A stretch of 64,000 bases of DNA from an uncultured Alphaproteobacteria bacterium (GTDB lineage Bacteria; Pseudomonadota; Alphaproteobacteria; Rhizobiales; Xanthobacteraceae): positions 2,600 to 66,599 of the forward strand of contig CAWFLX010000060.1 of NCBI GenBank assembly GCA_963816775.1. Reading direction: 5' to 3'. The notes beneath the pieces are model-generated. The model saw nothing but the letters and a program-made list of their open reading frames with translations, was not told the origin of the DNA and searched no databases. Both the position numbers and the translations under genes were made by a program. Below are positions 57,362-64,000 of this stretch, piece by piece (positions within the stretch are counted from its first letter, which is position 1; each line of letters opens with the position of its first letter).

Positions 57362-58142
57362 ATGGACCTCAAGCTGACCGGCCGCAGCGTGCTCATCACC
57401 GGCGCCTCTAAGGGCATCGGGCTTGGGATCGCCAAGTGGTTCGCGCGGCGAGGGCGTGCATCCTCGACTGGTGGCGCGCTCCGGCGATCTGCTTGCGAAG
57501 GAAGCCGAGGCCATTCGCAAATCGGCGCAAGTCAACGTCGAGACCATGGCGGCCGATCTCTCTGATCCGGCGGCGCGCCGCAAAGTGTTCGAGGCCTTTC
57601 CGGACGTCGACATCGTCGTCAACAACGCCGGGGCGATCCCAGGCGGAACGATTGAAGATGTGGACGAGAAGGCCTGGCGATCCGGCTGGGACCTCAAGAT
57701 CTACGCGCATGTTGACTTCACCAGGCTCTACCTCGCGCGCATGAAGGCGCGTCGGCGCGGCGTCATCGTCAACATCATCGGGGCTGGCGGTGAGAAGCTG
57801 ACCTACGGCTACATCGCTGGTTCGGCGGGCAACGCCGCCCTGATGGCATTCACGCGCGCCATCGGCGGCACCAGCCCCGACTTCGGCGTACGCGTCGTCG
57901 GCGTCAACCCGGGGCCGGTCGCGACCGAGCGCGTCGAATATCTGGCGCGCCAGCGCGCCGCCAAGGCCGGGGATGAGAGCCGCTGGCATGAGAGCTACAA
58001 GCACATGCCGTTCGGGCGGCCTGCAACGGTCGACGAGATCGCCGCCACCGTGGTGTTTCTGGCGTCGGATCTTTCCTCCTACACCAGCGGCACGATCGTG
58101 AGCGTCGACGGCGGATTGGTTCACAAAGGGCCGTTGCCGTAG
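57362..58142 (+). pseudogene. short-chain dehydrogenase/reductase interrupted by a +1 frameshift
   Basis: The Rossmann N-terminus (LITGASKGIGLGIAKWFAR) is in frame 57362. The remainder (EGVHPRLVARS...NNAG...SVDGG) is in frame 57423. Removing one C near 57449 joins them. 781 nt = 3n+1. Confidence 0.75.
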
Positions 58143-58223
58143 GATGGGTTGAGCTCCGAGCGAAACCCATCGCTGTTTACGCCATTGCACACGATGGGTT
58201 TCGCTCCGCTCAACCCATCCTAC
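58139..58223. repeat. palindromic intergenic repeat, family 1
   Basis: Full inverted pair. It supplies TAG stops for the SDR (+) and the acyl-CoA dehydrogenase (-). Confidence 0.9.
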
Positions 58224-59368
58224 ACCTTCAGCCCCATCAGCCCCGCAAGCAAGTTGCGCTGGATCTGCGAGGTGCCAGCAGCGATCGTCGCCGCGCGCGC
58301 GTCGCGATAGTGCCGCTGCATGTCGAATTCCATGCTGTAGCCGAAGCCGCCGAAGATCTGCATGCCGGTATTCGCCGCCTTCACGTAGGTCTCCGATGCA
58401 AACAGTTTGGCCATGGTGATTTCGCGCAACGCGTCCTTGCCGGCGGCGACCAGCGACGCTGCGCGCAGCGTCAGCGCCCACGCAGCTTCGATTTCGGTCT
58501 GCATGTCGGCCAACATGTGGGCGACCGCCTGGAACGTTCCGATCGCACGGCCGAACTGCTTTCGTTCGCTCGCGTACTGCAACGCGAGTTCAAAGACGCC
58601 GCGCGCGCTGCCGCAATCACAGGCAGCCGCAAATACGCGCTCGGACTGCAGGCCGGACAGGACACAGTCCCAACCCTTGTTCTCGGCCCCGACCAAATGA
58701 TTGGCCGGCACCCGCACGTCGTTGAAGAACAGTTCGTATGTGCCAACGGCGCGCCGCCCGAGCATGTCGAGCTTGCGAATTTCGAGTCCGGGCGAGTTGC
58801 CGTCGACCAGGAACAGCGACGTACCGGCGCGGTAATGCGCCTTCAGGTCGGTTTTTGCATAGACGTTGATGTAGTTGTTCTTGGCGCCGGCTCCGGTCTG
58901 CCAAATCTTCTGCCCGTTGATGACGTAATGGTCACCGTCGCGGCGCGCCTGCGTGCGCATGGCGCCGACGTCGGAGCCGGCGTCAGGCTCCGATATGGAG
59001 ATCGTCATCCTGATGTCTCCGGCGAGCAGTTTCGGTAGAAAATGGCGCTTCTGCTGTTCGCTACCGTTGCGCAACAGATTGAGGCCGCAGAACATACTGC
59101 CGCCGAACGCCATGACCAGATCGGCGCTCGGGCATGCGAGCTCTTCCGAAATGATCGCCATGTCGACGATATTGCTGCCCAGTCCGCCATACTCTTCGGG
59201 AAACGGCATGCGAAACAGGCCGGCGTCGGCCCAGGCCTGGTAGAGCTCGTAGGGATAAAGGCGCTCGCGATCGAGCCGCCGGATGTAGTCCGGTGTCGCA
59301 ACGCGTGCCATCAACTTGCGCACGCTGTCGCGCAGCATGAGTTGTTCTTGGGTGAAGTTGCAGTCCAT
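58220..59368 (-). CDS. acyl-CoA dehydrogenase
   Basis: 382 aa. Canonical ACAD sequence. Confidence 0.9.
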   Translation of the reverse strand: MDCNFTQEQLMLRDSVRKLMARVATPDYIRRLDRERLYPYELYQAWADAGLFRMPFPEEYGGLGSNIVDMAIISEELACPSADLVMAFGGSMFCGLNLLRNGSEQQKRHFLPKLLAGDIRMTISISEPDAGSDVGAMRTQARRDGDHYVINGQKIWQTGAGAKNNYINVYAKTDLKAHYRAGTSLFLVDGNSPGLEIRKLDMLGRRAVGTYELFFNDVRVPANHLVGAENKGWDCVLSGLQSERVFAAACDCGSARGVFELALQYASERKQFGRAIGTFQAVAHMLADMQTEIEAAWALTLRAASLVAAGKDALREITMAKLFASETYVKAANTGMQIFGGFGYSMEFDMQRHYRDARAATIAAGTSQIQRNLLAGLMGLKV

Positions 59369-59459
59369 TGGTCTGATCCGCCGCTGTGCTCGGGCACAGC
59401 ATATCAGACCGGCCGGCTATCACCGGCTCCCCCATGCGGGACAACTCGTGAGCCTACGA

Positions 59460-59479
59460 GGCCGTCCCGCGGGACGGCC
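59460..59479 (-). terminator. perfect 20-nt GC palindrome, candidate terminator hairpin
   Basis: GGCCGTCCCG/CGGGACGGCC, 40 nt downstream of the stop of the 59520..59933 gene. No U-tract. Confidence 0.35.
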
Positions 59480-59519
59480 TGCTGATCGGATGGACGCGTA
59501 CGGGTTTAGTCCGCGGTCA

Positions 59520-59933
59520 TCATCCCACGTAAGCGACGCGGGTCTGCTCCTCGACCTCGGCCGGTGTCGTCGGTTGCGCCGGCAATTGCAGCACGGTCGC
59601 TTCCTGGCCTTCGCATAATTCGGTCAGGAGTACGGTTTCGCCGTCGGGAAACTCGAGCGCATCGTGGTGGCGGTGCGGAGTATCCTTGTTGATCTGGCGG
59701 AATAGCGCTGTTTGGTGCGTGGCCTTCTTCGAACCCCAACCCAACAGACCGTGTGAAATACAGGCAATCTCCTTGGAGAACGCGAGCTCCGTTCCCGGAA
59801 GGACGCAGACTGCTGTGGTGGGATCTTCTGGCGCCGCAAATCCGCGGGTGCCAGTGCCGAAATTACGCGTAGTCAACTTGTCGCCGACGCTCGCAGGACG
59901 CGACTTCACGTTTTGCAGGCTGTAGTCGCACAT
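59520..59933 (-). CDS. conserved hypothetical protein (MCDYSL... family)
   Basis: 137-aa ORF with protein-like composition. I recall similar MCDYSL-initiated hypothetical proteins in Proteobacteria. No function known. Confidence 0.6.
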   Translation of the reverse strand: MCDYSLQNVKSRPASVGDKLTTRNFGTGTRGFAAPEDPTTAVCVLPGTELAFSKEIACISHGLLGWGSKKATHQTALFRQINKDTPHRHHDALEFPDGETVLLTELCEGQEATVLQLPAQPTTPAEVEEQTRVAYVG

Positions 59934-59960
59934 AATGCAGAGCTCCTCTAGTTGGCAGGC

Positions 59961-60917
59961 TCATCGCCCCTTGGGAGGAGACTTTGCAAGAAGGATGCCA
60001 GGCCGCCCTATGGTGCGGTGACAACGCCGCGACAGGCTGCGGGCAACTGCGCGAGCGTTGGTCCCTTTCGGGGCTCGGCCGGCTCCGTCTCCTTGGGATG
60101 AATAACGAGAATCCTTGAACCAGCCTTGCAGGTCGCCGCACCCGTCGCCTGCCGGGACCGGATCCTGCGGCTTGCAGCCCGCGCTGTCGTCCGGGCATTT
60201 GATGCGGATATGAAAGTGGTAGTCGTGGCCGTACATGGGACGCACCTTGTTGAGCCAGGCGCGATCGCCGTTGGCTTGCCGACAAAGCGCCTTCTTGATC
60301 GCCGCATTGACGAAAATCCGCTCCACCTCCGGTTCCTTGGCCGCGGCCTTGATCGCCTCGAAATGACCCTGCGTCCAAACCTTCGGATCAACGTCGGTCC
60401 GGCTCTCAGCCACAACCATGGTGGCCGATATTTCCTCGCGCTCGGCGCGGGAGAGTTCGCGGTTAGGCATGGGGGTGAGCCAAATGTCGGCGTCGAGCCC
60501 GACCTGATGGCTGGCGTGACCGGTGAACATCGGGCCACCGCGCGGTTGCGAAATGTCGCCAACCAGCAAACCGGGCCAGCCCGCGGCCTTGTGTACTTTC
60601 ACCGACAGCCGTTCGAGGAGTTCAATCAAGTGGGGATTGCCCCAGTTTCGGTTGCGCGAGAGCCGCATGACCTGCCACGTCTCGCCATTGATCGGCAGCG
60701 CAACGGCACCCGCGAGACACCCCTTGGAATAGAACCCGATCGAACGCGGCGGCATCGAAACCGGATCGGTCTTGCGGCCGAATAACTCGCGCGCCGGCAG
60801 CGTGGGGTCGTTTGGATTGGCGAGCGGCGGCAACGGCTTGGGATCTAGCGTGCCCAAATCCTGCGCCCATGCGGAGCCGGTCGCAATTGCCAATACAAGC
60901 AACAACAGCCGCCGCAT
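59961..60917 (-). CDS. mepA: penicillin-insensitive murein endopeptidase MepA (3' end probably frameshifted; see findings)
   Basis: Signal peptide. Peptidase M74 sequence (HASHQVGLDADIW, HDYHFHIR). The family-like C-terminus (...LAQLPAACRGVVTAP) is in the other frame, which ends at 60008. Confidence 0.8.
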   Translation of the reverse strand: MRRLLLLVLAIATGSAWAQDLGTLDPKPLPPLANPNDPTLPARELFGRKTDPVSMPPRSIGFYSKGCLAGAVALPINGETWQVMRLSRNRNWGNPHLIELLERLSVKVHKAAGWPGLLVGDISQPRGGPMFTGHASHQVGLDADIWLTPMPNRELSRAEREEISATMVVAESRTDVDPKVWTQGHFEAIKAAAKEPEVERIFVNAAIKKALCRQANGDRAWLNKVRPMYGHDYHFHIRIKCPDDSAGCKPQDPVPAGDGCGDLQGWFKDSRYSSQGDGAGRAPKGTNARAVARSLSRRCHRTIGRPGILLAKSPPKGR

Positions 60918-61103
60918 AGGGCCTCCCAGCGTGATTCGATCGCGCGCCCGGCGCGTTCTCTATCACGACCCACGGTCGGGCGCAGCCTCAGGCTCGGTAC
61001 GCTGCCTACAGACAGTTTGACCCTTGGTATAGATGAACTTCTCCGCGTTTTGAGCGACTATGCGACAAACCCGCCGTCCGGCGGGACCGTGCCGGGGGTT
61101 GCG

Positions 61104-61538
61104 ATGAACAAACTCAAGGTTTTGTGCGTCACATCATTTGTTGTGGCGATGTTCGGGCCTGTTGCAACGGTGCCAGCGCGTGCCGACCTCGTAGTTCACA
61201 TTAGCAAGGGGTCGCAGCGGATGACGGTTGTTCGCGACGGGCAACCGATTCACACGTGGGCGGTGTCGACCGGCCGCAGTGGATACGGCACGCCGAGCGG
61301 GGTCTTCCATCCACAGCGCATGGCGCGTAGCTGGTTCTCGAAGGCCTACTACAATTCGCCGATGCCGTACTCGATCTTTTTCTACGGTGGCTACGCTATC
61401 CACGGAACCTACGCCATCAATCAGCTCGGCGGCCCGGCCTCGCATGGCTGCGTGCGGCTCTATCCCGGCAACGCCGCGACCTTGTTCAGTCTGGTTGCGC
61501 GCGAAGGCCCGGGGCGGACGACAATCGTAATCAACTGA
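61104..61538 (+). CDS. L,D-transpeptidase (YkuD domain)
   Basis: ATG 61104. Signal peptide. Catalytic ASHGCVRL motif. Confidence 0.85.
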   Translation: MNKLKVLCVTSFVVAMFGPVATVPARADLVVHISKGSQRMTVVRDGQPIHTWAVSTGRSGYGTPSGVFHPQRMARSWFSKAYYNSPMPYSIFFYGGYAIHGTYAINQLGGPASHGCVRLYPGNAATLFSLVAREGPGRTTIVIN

Positions 61539-61556
61539 TCCCGCAGCGAGTCTTGA

Positions 61557-63363
61557 TTACACATCCACCTTGAGAGCCTCGATGAAGGCCTCCTGCGGGA
61601 TCTCCACCTTGCCGAACTGGCGCATGCGCTTCTTGCCTTCCTTCTGCTTTTCCAGAAGCTTGCGCTTGCGGGTCACGTCGCCGCCATAGCACTTTGCGGT
61701 CACGTCCTTGCGGAGCGCCCGCACGGTCTCGCGCGCGATGATCTTGGCGCCGATCGCCGCCTGGATCGGGACCTGGAACATGTGCGGCGGGATCAGTTCC
61801 TTGAGCTTCTCGACCATGGCGCGGCCACGGCTTTCGGCGCGCGTGCGATGAACCAGCATTGACAGCGCATCGACCGGCTCGCCATTGACCAGGATCGACA
61901 TTTTCACGAGGTCGGACGCGCGATACTCGGTGAGATGATAATCGAAGGACGCATAGCCCTTCGACACCGATTTAAGCCGGTCGTAGAAATCGAACACCAC
62001 CTCGTTGAGCGGCAGGTTGTACTTCACCATCGCGCGCGCGCCGACATAATTGAGATCGACCTGCGATCCGCGCTGGTCCTGACAGAGCTTCAGGATGGCG
62101 CCCAGATACTCATCCGGCGTCAGGATCGTCGCTTCGATCCACGGCTCATCGATTTCCTCAATCGCGCACGACGTCCGGCATGTCGACCGGGTTGTGGATC
62201 TCGATCTCGGTGCCGTTGGTGAGTTTGATCCTGTAGATCACCGACGGCGCGGTCGCGATCAGGTTGAGATTGAACTCGCGCTCCAGCCGCTCCTGGATAA
62301 TTTCCAAGTGCAGAAGGCCGAGAAACCCGCAGCGAAAGCCAAAGCCCAGCGCTGCCGACGTCTTCGTCTCGAACTGGAAGCTCGCATCGTTGAGCCGCAG
62401 CCTGCCCATCGCGGCGCGGAGCGCTTCGAAATCGGCGGCGTCGACCGGGAACAATCCGCAGAACACAACCGGGATGGCGGGTCGGAAGCCGGGCAGCGGC
62501 GCCGAAGTCGGCTTCTTGTCGTCGGTGATGGTGTCACCAACCCGGGTATCGGCGACCTCCTTGATCGAGGCGGTCAGAAAGCCGATCTCGCCCTGGGCCA
62601 GTTCCGTGGCGTCACGCATCTTGGGGGTGAACACGCCGATCTTATCGACCTCGTAGGACGCGTTGGTGCCCATCAGGCGGATGCGCTGCCCGCGCTTGAG
62701 CGTGCCGTCGACAACCCGCAGCAGCACCACGACGCCGAGGTAGGCGTCGTACCAGCTATCCACGAGGAGCGCCTTGAGCGGAGCCTCGCGATCGCCTTTA
62801 GGGGGCGGCAGGCGGGTGACGATCGCTTCGAGCACCGCGTCGATATTCTGGCCGGTCTTGGCCGAGATCAGGATCGCATTTGACGCATCGAGGCCGATCA
62901 CGTCCTCGATCTGCTGCTTGACCTTTTCGGGCTCAGCCGCCGGCAGATCGACTTTGTTGAGGACCGGCACGACCTCGTGATTGTTGTCGATCGCCTGGTA
63001 GACGTTGGCCAATGTCTGGGCTTCGACGCCCTGGCTTGCGTCAACCACGAGCAACGAGCCCTCACAGGCGGCGAGTGAGCGGTTGACCTCGTAGGCGAAG
63101 TCTACGTGGCCCGGTGTGTCGATGAGGTTGAGGATGTAATCCTTGCCGTCGCGCGCGCGGTAGTTCAGCCGAACCGTCTGCGCCTTGATGGTGATGCCAC
63201 GCTCGCGCTCGATATCCATCGAATCGAGGACCTGCTCGACCATCTCACGCTCAGCGAGGCCGCCGGTGATCTGAATAAGCCGGTCGGCCAGCGTCGACTT
63301 GCCGTGGTCGATATGCGCCACGATGGCGAAGTTGCGAATGTTCTCGATCGGTCCGCTGGTCAT
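61557..63363 (-). pseudogene. lepA: elongation factor 4 (LepA) interrupted by a single-nucleotide frameshift
   Basis: N-terminal 401 aa ([14 protein letters not shown]...) is in ORF 62158..63363. The C-terminus ([21 protein letters not shown]...) is in 61557..62030. The missing [32 protein letters not shown] is readable in the C-terminal frame. 1807 nt = 3n+1. Confidence 0.85.
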
Positions 63364-63471
63364 GGGCGCGGGATAGCATCGGGTGTCAGGGGCAGCAAGG
63401 CGCGCGCATTTGCAAAAGGGATAAGGCGGCGCGTTCCGCCGCGCCGATGCGCAGAGACGCTTTGCAGGTCG

Positions 63472-64000
63472 TTATTCCGCGGCGATCCGTTGCGCCGCGA
63501 ACATCGGCCGCAGCTCCACCGGCTTGCCGGCGCGCGCGATCAACATGTGGTTCGTCGGCACCGGATTCCAGATGTCCTGATCCTTGTCGAGCGGTTCGGA
63601 TACGACCACCACGTCCTCGTCGACAGTCCGGTAATAGAGCGTGTTGGCGTTGTCATTGGCGGCGTAACGGAATGCGTAGAGGTGCTGGCCGTCGGCAAGC
63701 GCGGCGTGAACCGCAGCGGCTCGCGCAGGCCGTCGGTCGTGACCATGTTGGTCAGCACCTCCAGCACGCGTTCCGTGGCGCCGATCGGATCGCGGTCCGC
63801 CCCGGCTCCCATGATGGCCAGGAACGCGGCCTCCGAATCGGTGTCCCGATCCGCAGCGGATAGAGTTCATCGGGCACCAGCGCTTCGACCTTGCGGCGGA
63901 CCGGCCCCAATTGCCGATAAGGCCGTTGTGCATGAACATCCATCGGCCGCACACAAACGGATGGCAGTTCTGCCGCGTGATCGCGGTTCCGGTCGCGGCA
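63472..64000 (-). pseudogene. class-II glutamine amidotransferase (YafJ/EgtC-like), 5'-truncated by the window edge, with three 1-nt frame shifts
   Basis: Family-like segments lie in three frames: NCHPFVCGRWMFMHNGLIGNWG | RRKVEALVPDELYPLRIGT | DSEAAFLAIMGAGADRDPIGATERVLEVLTNMVTTDGLREPLRFT | AALADGQHLYAFRYAANDN... Confidence 0.65.

Overview
High-GC (~64%) alphaproteobacterial chromosomal segment. Gene content and the palindromic intergenic repeats suggest Bradyrhizobiaceae/Nitrobacteraceae, but that is my impression, not a search result. I call about 60 protein-coding genes. I recognised no rRNA, tRNA, CRISPR array, IS/transposase, integrase or phage genes.

The dominant feature is a contiguous ~17 kb nitrate-assimilation supercluster (1868-18465): nasT-nasS, nrtABC, a single-domain globin, an Flp-like flavoprotein, a NirA-type siroheme reductase, a CysJ-like reductase without a recognisable flavodoxin module, a YeiH/UPF0324 transporter, an untracked 51-aa membrane peptide, nasC and cysG. 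It is flanked by hsp20/DUF1150 and an orphan ptsN.

The rest is metabolic and transport housekeeping:
- fadB-like gene, and a cytochrome c/beta-propeller fusion next to tupBCA
- oprB-glk and rfbG/rfbC-like genes
- a FecCD/BtuCD-type importer with two different binding proteins
- ubiX, a hydroxyquinol-dioxygenase cluster, an amidase, an aldo/keto reductase and mltB
- livFGMH-K
- an extradiol/FAH/RraA-type catabolic cluster, and ech (HCHL) with acyl-CoA dehydrogenases
- mepA, an L,D-transpeptidase, lepA and a class-II amidotransferase

Most notable observations:
1. Two ANTAR-style tandem hexaloop hairpin pairs sit in the nas cluster. One is followed by a clear intrinsic terminator and preceded by a sigma-54-like promoter.
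2. NirA and the CysJ-like reductase share an N-terminal motif.
3. At least five families of palindromic intergenic repeats are present. One of them supplies the stop codons of five genes.
4. Single-nucleotide frameshifts cluster in the last ~7 kb (an SDR, mepA, lepA, and a triple compensating shift in the amidotransferase). This looks more like sequence error than biology, but it must be checked.

I see no convincing defence, toxin or mobile system. The candidates for something new are regulatory/RNA-level features and the unusual electron-transfer and transport components of the nas cluster.
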